In this document: one piece after another, positions 38,075-53,527 of the stretch | Numbering within the stretch: the stretch's first letter is position 1 | Layout: the number at the start of each line of letters is the position of its first letter | DNA from: the human T2T-CHM13v2.0 reference genome, Homo sapiens | DNA length: 64,000 nt | Strand: one strand, 5' to 3' | NCBI RefSeq assembly: GCF_009914755.1 | Contig: NC_060925.1 | The notes under the pieces: generated by a model | The model's input: the letters and a program-made list of their open reading frames with translations, nothing else | The model's database searches: none | What the model was told of the DNA's origin: nothing | Program-made: the position numbers and the translations under genes

Positions 38075-39866
38075 AGGCTCGAAAAGGAAACACTGAGATA
38101 ATTATCAAAACATTTGAAAGGTAATTTGGGTACAGTAACCCGTGAGCTTTTAAGCATTAAATAACAAGATCTAGTACAGCCTCTAATAACTGTGATTTTT
38201 GTAGCAATGAGAGTAAATTATATTTTGAAAAACTTCCAACTGTAAAGTGATATGAAAATATCTGTAATTATCACTGGTGAAAAAAAAATAGGGACTGCTA
38301 ATATGCCTTTGCTTTGCTGCTTACATTTATGATTAGAGGAAATAATTTTATCTAGAGGTTAGTGGAGATGGAGATATCAATTTTTTCTTATCTAAACTCA
38401 TGGACCTCTTGCCTTCTACCTACCATCCCACAGACCCTGGGTTAAGAGCTCCTGCACCAGGAGTGAGAACTTCATAACAGGCTGCCTTGTATATTCAAAG
38501 TAAGTTCTAGGTTCCTTAGTGGGCAACAAGGCTCTTCAAATTGTAGGCCCTGTCTACTTCCCTATTCTCATCTTTCTGCTCCACTTCTGTGAATTAACGA
38601 CTCCTAATCAAGCTTCCACCCTTAGCTGGGTCATCTCGGACTCCTAGGCACACAATGCCTAGAGCACAGCTCCATCAGGTGGCATCCATCCTCTCTTACG
38701 GTAACGTTTGTTTACCAGTCATTTCCCGTTTAACCAAACTGGAAATTCCCAAAGGTGGATTCTGTGTCCTTAAAACCTAACAGAGTGCTTAGAACTTAAA
38801 AAATGCCTACCAAATAAGCACTGTGTGCCACGTACTGACTTAGGTATGCCCCGAGGACACCAAGATGACAGGCATATTGTGAAATAAGATAACGGAAGTA
38901 CACCTGGCACTTGGGTATCCACTCGGTAAATGTCGCCCTCCCTTGTACTAAGTACTGAAAATCCACTGAGGGATATCTGGTCATTCCTAAAACACATTAC
39001 AGCTCATGGAAGGGAGGAAAATCAAGCTACCTTGACCATGAGCACTAAGCTTGGGTAATATGTTGGAAGCGAGGAGGAACAGGGCAGATGAGAACCAGAA
39101 TTATTAATACAAAGGTAGACATCGGCAAACTGGAAGCTGGAGGCAGGAGCCCCTGGGAAATGACAGGGGCCTTCAAGCCCACCACCTCACAGAAGGCTCA
39201 GGAAACCTCAGAAGGGGATTCAATCTATCAAAAAGCCCACATGAGAAACCCCCCTGGAGCCACTCTTACTCAAACCAGACAGCTGCAAATGCACCAAGAG
39301 AACGCGTCTGTGAATCTGGAAAATTTGGGGAAAATGTTACTTTAAAGCACAAATTAGGCTCAAAGTGAATGTACTGTACAGAAATGACACCTTTCTGCAT
39401 AGTTCTGCCTAATTAAAATAAAAAATGAGAGTGAGCGTTTAAATGACGTGTTGAAATGACTGCCAAAAATAGGTTTAACAAAAAAAAAAAAAACCCACAT
39501 GTCAGTCGCCACCATCCATGTAGAACAAAAACCCTCCAGAACAAGATAGGTCAAAATCAGATTAGCTTAAAGAGACCATGTACAATTCCCCCCCAACCCC
39601 TGAGGCGAACGGCAGTAATAAAACACCGCCACCCAGAAAGGAGAAGAGAAGAGGCTCCTCGTTTTCACAAAGCGAAAGGCAACACCAGCTGCAGACTTTA
39701 TTTCCCGGGCTTTTCCTGCAACATCAGCAAAACCTTCCGGAAGGGTCGGCCGGGCCGCTCGGGAGGAGGGGCGGCCGCGGCCCCATAGGCCCCAAGTGCC
39801 GCTCCGAGGGCCCGGGCCCGCTCGCTCCCTGGGCCCGCCCTCCCCCAGCCTTCCCGGACACAGTTA

Positions 39867-40198
<332 letters not shown>

Positions 40199-40329
40199 GA
40201 TGCCTGGCCGCGGGAACGCCCACGGAACCCGCGTCCACGGGGTGGGGCCGGCGGCGCGCGCGCCCCCTGCCGGCCGGGGGGCGGAGTTTCCCGGGCGCCT
40301 GCCGGGTGGAGCTCTGCGGGCCGCTGCCC

Positions 40330-40352
40330 TGGGGGCCGAGGCGGGGCTTGGG
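40330..40352 (+). promoter_or_regulatory. G-quadruplex-forming promoter motif
   Basis: TGGGGGCCGAGGCGGGGCTTGGG, four G-runs about 130 nt upstream of the TSS. Confidence 0.8.
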
Positions 40353-40457
40353 CTGAGCTAGTAGCTCTTTGGAGGACCCGGCGCCACCCCTTTGATTGTT
40401 CTGTCCCAGGAAGTCTTACTTGATTTCACAACTAATTTTACCCCCAACCCCTCCCCC

Positions 40458-40737
40458 TTTTATTTTTGAGACTGAGTCTCACCGCGCTGGAGTGCAGTGC
40501 CGCCATCATGGCTCACTGCAGTCTGGAACTCCTGAGCCCAGCGATCCTCCCACCTCAGCCTCCCGAGTAGCTGGGACTACAGGCGCTCACCACAACTGGC
40601 TAATTAAAAAAAAATTTTTTTTAGGGACAGGGTCTCGCCAAGTTGGCTAGACTGGTCTCAAACTCCTGCTACAAGTGATCTTCACGCCTCAGCCTCCCGA
40701 AGTGCTGGGATCAGGGGCATGAGCTACCACGCCGGCC
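40458..40737 (-). mobile_element. Alu (AluJ-like) bordering the PARP1 promoter
   Basis: Reverse-complement Alu dimer retaining several CpGs. Confidence 0.9.
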
Positions 40738-41114
40738 CCAAACTCTTAAGTGTGTCCTCTCTCCCCTGAGGGCAGCTGGGTCCGGGAAGCGCAGGCCCCC
40801 GCCTCGGGAATATAGTTGATTGGCCCGAGGTGGACCCTGCAGTGCTAGGTCCACCCTCCTGGCTTGGACGGGCGTTCTAACCTGCCGTCCACAGACCGTC
40901 GGGACAAAATACCAACTGAAACCTAGCATTTCCTTTATTATGAATTTGACTACAAATACCAGGAGTATTAGCAGTACCTGTGACTTTGTGGGCAATAGTC
41001 ATCACAGACGTTTTCATGTTACTTTACAGTTGTTGGTGATAACTCGAAATATTATTAAGCTCATCACTACTCGAAATTGTGGTAATGACTGCACCTGTTG
41101 CTATCAGATATTTT

Positions 41115-41138
41115 GTGTGTGTGTGTGTGTGTGTGTGT
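41115..41138. repeat. (GT)12 / (CA)12 microsatellite in the PARP1 upstream region
   Basis: Twelve GT units counted directly; sits at the tail of a minus-strand FLAM (41140-41263). Confidence 0.95.
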
Positions 41139-41568
41139 AAAGAAAGAGATGGGGAATCTCTCCATGTTGCCCAGGCTGGTCTTGAACCCCTGGCCTCAAG
41201 CAATCCTCCCACCTCGACTTCCCAAATTGCTGGGATTACAGGCATGAGCCACTGCACCTGGCCTAGATCTTGTTGTTTAATATAGAACTATACTTCAAAA
41301 TATAGTTTATTAAAATTGGTTTCTTTTCTAATCCTATGCATTTTTTTTTTTCATTTCAAAGATTGTAACATGAGTGTGCTTTATTTGAAAATATTCAATT
41401 CTGGTATAGAGGATAAGAAAAATAAGCAGATGAATAAAACTCATAAAAAGTGTTAACCATAGAGAAGAAGCTAGTGGCTTAAGAGACAAGGATGTTGAGT
41501 AAGCAAGAAGGTTGTGAGACATAGGCCGAATCCTAAAAGTTAGTAACCAGTTAGATACGTTGAAGGTA

Positions 41569-41856
41569 GGCTGGGCACAGTGGCTCATGCCTATAATCCT
41601 AGCACTTTGGGAGGCTGAGGTGGCCGGATCCCTTGAGCCCAGGAGTTCAAGACCAGCCTGGACAACATGGCAAAACCTTGTCTCTACAAAAATTAGCTGG
41701 GGGTGGTGGCAGGTGCCTGTAGTCCCATCTACTCGGGAGGCTGAAGTGGGAGGATCACCTGAGCCCTGAAGGTTGAGGCTGTGGTGAGCCATGATAGTGC
41801 CACTGGACTCTAGCCTGGGTGACAGTGTGACCCTGTCTCAAAAAAAAAAAAAAAAA
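41569..41856 (+). mobile_element. Alu (AluJ-like)
   Basis: Alu dimer with poly-A; TTGAAGGTA on both flanks. Confidence 0.93.
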
Positions 41857-42195
41857 GATATTTTGAAGGTAAACAGAATAAGTGGAAAATATGATGGAAC
41901 AAATAAAAGTTTTACTTAGAGAATGACCAAGTCAAAAGGCATGATCATGCCATCTCTGGGTTGACAACTATATCATCCCTAAATGGCCACTCATTGGTGA
42001 TAAGATTATGGTCCCATCCTGGCACCCATATGCTCTGCCCCAAAAATGCAGCTAAAGTTCAGGTCTGTTCAGCAGGCTGATTGGTGAGCTGCAGCTGTGG
42101 CTGAGTGTGCTTGCACTTGTGTCTCTCTGATAGTGCAGTGTGAGTTGCTCCAGGTACCCTCTGTTGAGCCGCCTTGAGCATCCTCAACTCTGTCA

Positions 42196-42658
<463 letters not shown>

Positions 42659-43049
42659 CTAATTCTAGGTTCTGGTGGTGTGGTCCATCTGCCTCGCCTG
42701 TACCCTATCCTGTGTATGTTATGCACCCCATCGAGTTCTTGCTGTAAGTGGTTTTAAACTGATTCAATAAACCCTGCAATTCAAGCATCATAATTTGGTC
42801 TGTGAGGCTTTCTGTTTTGTAACTTGTGGGATAGTTTGCCTGATAATGTACCTAGAAGCTACTATTGCATTAAGGTAGGTTCCTCCACAATATTTATTCT
42901 GGAAAGGGCTTCATGGACCACCAAAGGGGTCCTAGGCACACACACAAAAGGTTAAGAATTCCTGCCCTAGAACCTAAGGAAAGCCAACTATCACCTACTG
43001 CCTTCTCAATATTTCAGTTTGGATGGCTTATATGCATCTCCATTTATGT

Positions 43050-43350
43050 CCAAAACTACCCTAGTGCTTCCCATCTCAGGAAATGGCCCACCATTCTTTG
43101 CATTACTTAGGCCAAATGCTTTGTAGTCAACTTGACTCTTCTCTTTTGTCCCATGTTCAATCCATCCCCGAATTCTAACTTCCTGACTTTGATCCTTTCT
43201 CATGGCCCAGCTGCCATCCTTTTTGGTGGCTCTGTATCCCTCACCAGAATGTAAGCTCCATGAGGGCAGGAGCTTGTGTCTGTTTTGTTGCAATAGCCTC
43301 AGTGCCTGGAACAGTGTCAGGCACTCACCAATATTTGTTGAATGAATGAC
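43050..43350 (+). mobile_element. L2 LINE 3' remnant
   Basis: AGAATGTAAGCTCCATGAGGGCAGG...ATATTTGTTGAATGAATGA. Confidence 0.75.
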
Positions 43351-43409
43351 TGAATCCCACAGTTGGCCCTCCCTTCGCACAGGCCAACAGTTTAATTAAT
43401 AATGTTACT

Positions 43410-44397
43410 TCACATTTGTATATAACTAACTTATACTGTGCCTTAAATTTGAAATTCCCATGCTGATTTATAACCCCTATAGTATACCAGGCAAAGTTGG
43501 TGGCTATACAAAATACCACCAGGACAGGGTTGTCTGAAGAATTACTTGATAATTCTTGTTAATAATACAAAAACAGAAAAAGAACGCCATCATGCAGTTT
43601 ACAAATAAATCTTAGGTGGCTTTACATTTCAATTTTTTTCTTTAAAAGGAATGAGCTGTGTCCAGGTAGGTTAAATGCTTTATAGACAAGAGAAAAAAAA
43701 AAAAGCTGCCATAGAACCACCTTATTTGTCATTATCATCGACTTCATTTTTTATTTTCCTTACCTTCTCTGTCTTTCTCCGCTTTGTTTTTTTTTCTTGC
43801 CTTTTTCGGCCTTGACAGCATCATTTTTGCCACATCAGCTTTCCTTTGGCTGGATATGCAGCATTCTGCTCTTGGTACTTTTCCTTCAGTTGAGAAGCCT
43901 TCTTTTTGGGCTGCTTGCCATCTGCAGCATGGTCACTCATGTCCCTCCCAGGTTCTTGGCATCACTGCCAGTGGACAGACCGGGATCTCCTTTGATTTGA
44001 GGGCAGTACTCAGAACACAAAGTGAAAGCCCAAAGGAGGCCTTTCGGGTGCATTAGAATCTCTGAATTTCTGTTTTACTTCTCTTTTAGGAGGGATATCA
44101 GTTTTCATTTCTTTTTCATAAAGGGCCTTGAATACTTTTGGCCATGCCTCCAATTTCCTTCTCTTTAGCAAGTAAGGTTTTCCACCTTTCTGAACATGTT
44201 AATGAACATTCTGAGAAGATGAATGAAGTGTCTGGTTGCTTCTCCTGTATCCTGGCAAGCGTGCGCAGAATGCCCGTGATGACATTTTGTCCCTGGGATC
44301 ATTGGGCTCTCCTTCGCCCATGTTTAGTTATTTTTGCTCAGTGAGGCACAGAATCACTCAGTGTCCACTTGGCCCTCACTTACCTTGGCAGTGTCTC
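43410..44397 (-). pseudogene. Processed HMGB1 pseudogene, heavily decayed
   Basis: Minus strand has the HMGB1-like leader ...AAAAATAACTAAAC-ATG (ATG 44321-44319) GGCGAAGGAGA, box motifs CAGAAAGGTGGAAAACC, AATGCACCCGAAAGGCCTCC, eroded acidic tail, TAA 43724-43722 and HMGB1-like 3'UTR (TCTTGTCTATAAAGCATTTAACC...CCCTGTCCTGGTGGTATTTT); intronless, frameshifted. Confidence 0.9.
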
Positions 44398-44401
44398 TAG
44401 G

Positions 44402-44470
44402 TAAGGAGTTCTAGATCAGCCTGGACAACATAGCACGACCCTGTCTCCACACACACAAAAAAGTAAATAA
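44402..44470 (+). mobile_element. Short Alu fragment abutting the pseudogene 5' end
   Basis: AGGAGTTCTAGATCAGCCTGGACAACATAGCACGACCCTGTCTC followed by a CA/A-rich tail. Confidence 0.75.
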
Positions 44471-44487
44471 ACTCACAACAAACATTT

Positions 44488-44760
44488 GGTGTAAGGTATG
44501 GGTCCAGCTACATTCTTCTGCATGTGGAGATCCACCATCTGTGGAAGAGACTGTCCTTTTCCCACTGAATGATCTTGGCACCCTTGTTGAAATCATTTAA
44601 CCATATATGTTGAGGGTTTATTTTTGGGCTCTCTATTCTGTTCCATTGGTCTATATGTTTGTCTTTATTCCAACGCCACATCATAGTAAGTTTTGAAATC
44701 AGAAAGTGTGAGACCTCCAACTTTATCTTTATTTTACAAAGTTGATTTGTCTTGGTTTGG
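44488..44760 (-). mobile_element. Old L1 ORF2 fragment
   Basis: ORF track 44508-44720 gives L1 ORF2-like WRWNKDKHIDQWNRIESPKINP. Confidence 0.85.
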
Positions 44761-44801
44761 TTTTATATTTTGTCAAGATTGATCAGGAGTGGAAAGAAGA
44801 G

Positions 44802-45228
<427 letters not shown>

Positions 45229-47394
45229 TCACACCTAGAGACAAGGGAGATGGGAGTGCAGGCTAGCCTATGTCTGGGAAGAAGGCAGGGACAGATTTCC
45301 GTGGACAACTAGCAGTGTCTGCCACAGTTGTATCTTACATTATTCTTCTTCCTCAGGACTAAATGGCCCTGCAATCCAAAAAATCAGATCTTCAGATGTG
45401 GGGACACTTTTTTTTTTTCTATCATTGATTTGACTACTTGCTTTGCTTCATTTTTAGAAATACCCTCCCAATTTCATAATGTTCTGTTTATCTCTTTAAC
45501 TTTTGGCGAGTTAATGAGAAGCTGTCTCAGCTTAATTTCTTGGGTCACTGACAAAAGCTTCTGCTGTGTCCATCTTTCATTAGATTAACAAATTTTAGCC
45601 ATTACATGTTTTACTTTCCAGTATCTTGAGCTGATGTTTAATGAATGTAATATAGTCTAGAAGTTATTGCTCTCTTAATGATATGTCTTTAATTTTTAGG
45701 TTTTGTCAGTTCTGCTGAGTTTGGTGTAGTAAGACCCTTCCATAATGTCGTGTTCCAAAACACAAATGGTAAGATGTGGGGTTGTGTAATTGTGAGGTTA
45801 GTGAGAAGATTGCTCTGAGCCTCCAACTATAGCTGGTTCTCAGGATGTGGCTGTGGGTCCAAATTCATCCTGGTCATGGCTGTGGTTTGATACTCCCGGG
45901 TAGCAATTTTCCACCCCAGCTTACATATTGATGGGTTCAATTTGGGGTCTTGTGGCTTCCTGGGACTTATGGAGAGCAGCAGCGTTTTCAGGAGTCTCCC
46001 CTGTTTGTGGCCTGATCCAGGGAGAGTAGATCTGGAGAATCTTTGGGACAAGAAGGACCGTACCACTTCCTCCCACTTCTGAAGAGGGTCACGTGTTATT
46101 TCCCTACCTGGTTGTGCTCTCTTCCATGCTCTCCTCCCTTATCTCCTTATCGCATGACACGATTTATCTTGCTCCTATTTGAAAATGAGGTGTGGGGGAA
46201 GAAGGACGCCATCACCAGTCACCGTAACACTGAATCCGAGCTCACTGCGTTTATTGTAGGTGTCTTTCACAGTGTTGACGGTCTTCAACAATTCAGTGGT
46301 TCTTGCTTATCTGCTCATTTGTGTATTTGAGACGATCTTGATACCTATCTCCTGCTTTCTTTCCACAGCTACGTCTGGTGACTTTGTGTGTGGGGAGGTG
46401 AGGGTGGGTGTGTGCCCCTGCGATGGGGGTGCCAGTGGGTTGTCTCTGGCTGTGGGAGTTCCATCTTCCCCAGGGGTTGGTAGCAGCCTGGAGCCACAGA
46501 GCCTCCCTCATCCCCACACTGGCTGTGCCCACACCACCTTGACAGATGCCAGGACCCCCTCCTCCTTGCCTGGGTTTGCAGTTTCCTTACTCGCTCCTGG
46601 CTCGGCAGCAGGCCCCTCCTCGGCTGCTATCTGGGAGTCTCCCACATGCACCTAATCCTGTGTGCTGTCCATCCTGCAGGGCTTCCTGATATATAGGTCC
46701 ACTGCAGATTGTGAGGCCTGTGATTCCATCCTTGGGCCTCACAGGGCCTAACATGAATTCCCAGGCACTAACTAGATATTTCCCCACCCAGCAGGAAAGG
46801 CTCCCCGCCAGCCGGTTCCCCAGTCAACTGGATCAGCTGTACCCTACCTACCTAGACCCCAACTTAATGGATTTCACCTTCCTGCCAGCTGGGCAAAAGA
46901 TTCAAACAAGCCAATTGCATCCTCATGTGGGATCCAAGGGTCACCCCACCATCTTGTCACTACAAAGCCTGCCTCCCACAGTCCCTGCTGGCTCACTCTG
47001 CTCCCCACGGCAGCCCCTATGTGGCCCTGCAGGGTGGGCGGTGTCCTTCTCCCCCAGACTCTGAGCAATAAGCTGCTGCCAGCCTCTTCTGTCCAGTGTC
47101 AGGTACCATGTCCTTGACCATCACATGCTATTGAGGGCGGGAGATCCCTCCTCCACCAATGGGGTGAATAGGAAGTGATCCAAAAGCACTGATGGCACAC
47201 TGCTGTATGCTTTTCCTGTTCTATTAGGGATACATTAGTTTACTTTAAGATACTTCTTCTCTGACTTCATGGGATTTGGGACATGAGGGGTGTTAAATGA
47301 CATGTGCTCAGTCTATCTTCCCATAAATTACTTGGTTTTAAAAAAAAAATTAGATTGTTTCGGTTGTTTCCTTTTTTTTCTTCTTTTTCTGTTA

Positions 47395-49762
<2,368 letters not shown>

Positions 49763-50602
49763 TAATATTTTTATTTATGTAGATTTTGGTTGGCAATAAG
49801 GTTGAATATCTTTTTATGTTTCATTGGCTGTTGCAATTTCTTCTGCTGTGAATTTCCTGTATCACCTTGTGCCCATTAAAAATAATTCCCAATGTTGTTT
49901 GCTTTAAGCTTCACAGTCTTTTTAAAAAAGTGATATAAACATGTCTTACTTTATTTCCCTTGTTTGCTCTTAACTTCCAAATGCTCTTTAACATGCATTA
50001 TGTTGCCTGGTTTATTAAAAGAGTGAGACTAGAGAAAAAAGATGTTCTCGCACGATGAAGGAAGAAAGAAATGCTTAAGGGAGCCTGTGGTGGGTGGATT
50101 GAAGCCAGAGGCCTGTGAGGTGTGAGAGGCAGAGGGGGCTTGGTTTCCATGGCTGCCTCTACCACATACTGCCTCCTCTTCTTTTCTTTTTTTCCTTTTT
50201 AAAAAAAACCACAATGTAAACAGCCTTGTCTATTTTTCTGATTATATAAATAATGCACAAAGTCTGTGAAAACAAGACAAAACCACACTCTTTTGAAGTA
50301 TAAAGAAGAACATCTAACACCTGCAATCCGACCCCCTTAACACTTTGGTGACTACCCCAGAAGGCAGGCATCCTGCAGGCAGGAGCCCTGGGTCTCATTC
50401 TCATTCTTTACTGTAACCCTCAAGCCAGGAGCAGAGCTTGGCATAAACATGACCTCATGGATGACCCCAGGGCTCTCCCCTTGCTTTGATGACTGCTTCC
50501 CAAGCCTCTGCAAGGGAGAGATGTATGGTTTGCACTAAAGGAGCATCTTGGGCACAAAGCCCTCCTGGGGCTCAGGGTGGAGGAAAGGGTATAGCCATGA
50601 GA

Positions 50603-50902
50603 TTCTTTTTTTTTTTTTTTTGAGACGGAGTTTTACTCTTGTCACCCAAGCTGGAGTGCAATGGCGTGATCTTGGCTCACTGCAACCTCTGCCTCCTGGT
50701 TCAAGCGATTCTCTTGCCTCAGCCTCCAGAGCAGCTGGGACTATAGGCGCCCGCCACCACGCCCAGCGAATTTTTGTATTTTTAGTGGAGAGATGAGGTT
50801 TCACCACGTTGGCCAGGCTGTCTCAAACTCCTGACCTCAGATGATCAGCCCGCCTTGGCCTCCCAAACTGCTGGGATTACAGGTGTGAGCCACCATGCCT
50901 GG
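50603..50902 (-). mobile_element. Alu (AluS-like)
   Basis: Poly-T then Alu dimer. Confidence 0.95.
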
Positions 50903-53076
50903 CTCTTTTTAAGTGATTGACAATACTTGAACATAGATCTGTTCCAAAGGGACAGCTGGGACAGGCTTCTTAGAAAAAACAGCCTCTCCAGAGAAGAAAT
51001 AAACAATACATTAATTAAAGGCAACCCTCTGTAACAGTCCTTACCATGACAATTACATTTCCTTATTCCATTAGAAATTCTTTGAGGACTGACACTTTCT
51101 GCTCGAGAGTCTTACTCATTTTATATCCCCACTGCCTGGTGAATGAATGTATAAATGAGAAAATGAATGAACAGCACAGCCCTCCTACTTGGCAATATAG
51201 GTTAAGTTTTAACATGTGAAGTCTTTTGTATTCTTAACACTTAGCCTAGTACCTGGCACAGGTACTAGGTTGGTACTTAGTAAACATTTGTTGAGTGAAT
51301 GAATGAATGATTGAATATGTATATAAATATGTCAAACCAATTTTTTGGACTTGCCTTTAAAAAAGTCAGGGCAAGTCCATTAGGGCATGATGAAAGGCAG
51401 AGCCCACTGGGTGGCATTGAGTTAATTCAGTTCAGCTGATGCTGGTTGACTTTGCCACGTGCAGAGCGCTCTGCCTGGCACCACCGCCGCAATTCTGCCC
51501 ACGTAGACCAGTTCTACTGAGTACATTTCTCACCGAGCAAATAAGCCCAGTTATTTTAAAACATGAGGCCAGCATACAGAAACTCGCAATTGCCTCCAAA
51601 AATTATGTTCCCTCCAAGCCCACGCAATTGTCCTGGATGCTGATTTTCTGTCAAGAATGGGGCTTTGTTGTGATGGAATGAGACACCCTGGAAATAAATG
51701 CCAGGAGACCACAGCTTGATCTGTAGGGCTGGGGCTGATGTGGGAGCCTCGGCGGCCACAGCCAGCTGACTTCTCAAATGACAGCAAAGTCATGAGAAAT
51801 GTAGATTTTTTAATTTCCTTGATTATAGTTTGAGAACCTTTGTCCTTGTTTTCTTAATGACTGAGTGGATCTTATTTTACTCCTTTCTTCTTTTAAACAC
51901 ACCATAAAGGAGGAAAGGAAAGAAAATAAAGCTACAGATAGTTTACCAATCCAAGAGGGAAATAGCTTCAAGAAACCACATTTGCATTACGACCCAGCTG
52001 GGCATCTTTGCTTTTATGAAACAGAGCTGCTTTGGAAATTGTTACATAATTCTAACCAGAGTGCAGATTTCCTGACCATATTTACACAGAAACTTTTTTC
52101 AATTGTTATGATTTATTTTTCAATAACTCTTCTTTAAAAAAAATAGCATCAAAATTCCATGATTCTTCTTTCTCTACAATTTCAGGGGGCAGAAAATTCA
52201 GCTAGAACTAAACACAAATAATTTAATGTTTTAAGATTTGATTTTTTTGAATTACAGTAGAACCCTATTGTGGTAGGATTTGTTATCTGACATATTGAAA
52301 AATAATTGAGTTGAATTTAGTTCTCTAGTATACAATTACATGTGCCAAAATCCTCAGACTTTTTTTTTTTTTTTTTGAGACGGTATTGCTCTGTTGCCCA
52401 TGCTGAAGTGCAGTGGTGTGGTCAATAGCTCACTGTAGCCTCTAACTCCTGGGCTCAAGTGATACTCCTACCTTGGCCTCCCAAGGCGCTGAGATTACAG
52501 GCATGAGCCACTGCTCCTGGCCCAAAACCCCCAGACTTTTAAAACAGTGACGGTTTGTGGAGACACACCTGGTCTGCTAGATTTACAGCTGAGGCCAGAG
52601 GTAATTGCTTTTCCAAAGGTCACCCAAGGCCTATGCCTTCCTCACACTGGCCCAGCAGAGACAATTAATTTATGAGTTGAGGGCTAGTGTTCTGGAAAGA
52701 GGCATTCCATAATCGTGAGACGGTAAATGGGTAGGGATCTAAGGAGGTAGCCACGAGCAAGCCTGTGATGATTCCAGCTCAGGAAGCAGGGTTGACCCAA
52801 GACAGGGTTGGTCACCTTGATAATACCACAGACAGGCACAAAGCACAAGGCCCCTATTCAGAATCAGCAATGGGACTGTGTCCAGTGGACATGACCCAAG
52901 AGGCCCTTCTCTCAAAGCTGACCAGCCAGCTATAGTTAAGAACCCAAGACAGTGCACTGGCATTTGCGCAGAGCTGCCTAATCTAAACTCACAGATTTTC
53001 CCCTGCCATGCACTGAATCCTTTTTTTTTTTTTTTTTTTTTTACAATAATCTGCTCACATATCTGGCTTTCCCATC

Positions 53077-53527
53077 TGTCTTGGTCTGTTTGGGCTGTAA
53101 TAACACAATACCATAGAACAGGTGGCTTACAAACAACAGAAATTTATTCCTCACAATCTGGAGTCTGGGAAGTCCAAGATCAACGTGCTGGCACATTCAG
53201 TGTCTGGTGAGGGCCACTTCCTCATAGATGGCGCCTTCTCACTGTAACCTCACATGATGAAAGGGAAAAAAACTTGTATTTTTCTTGTAGAGATGGGGTT
53301 TTGCCATGTTGCCCAGGCTGGTCTGGAGCTCCCAGGCTGAAGCAATCTGCCCATCTCGGCCTCCCAAAGTCCTCAGGTCTCTTTTATATATGGGCATTAA
53401 TCCTATTCACAAGGGCTATGTCCTCACGGCCAAATCACCTCCCAAAAGCCCCATCTCCAAACTGTCACTTGGGGGTTAGGATTTCAACTTATGAATTTGG
53501 GGGTAACATAAACATTCAGTCCATTGT
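53077..53527 (-). mobile_element. MLT1A-like MaLR LTR interrupted by an Alu fragment (~53275-53370)
   Basis: TGTCTTGGTCTGTTTGGGCTG...AACAACAGAAATTTATT...GGGAAGTCCAAGATCAA...AACATTCAGTCCAT. Confidence 0.82.

Noticed and set aside
46260-47064. 131-aa and 117-aa plus-strand ORFs in apparently unique upstream sequence
   Set aside because: Non-ATG starts, no recognisable homology and no supporting splice or promoter context
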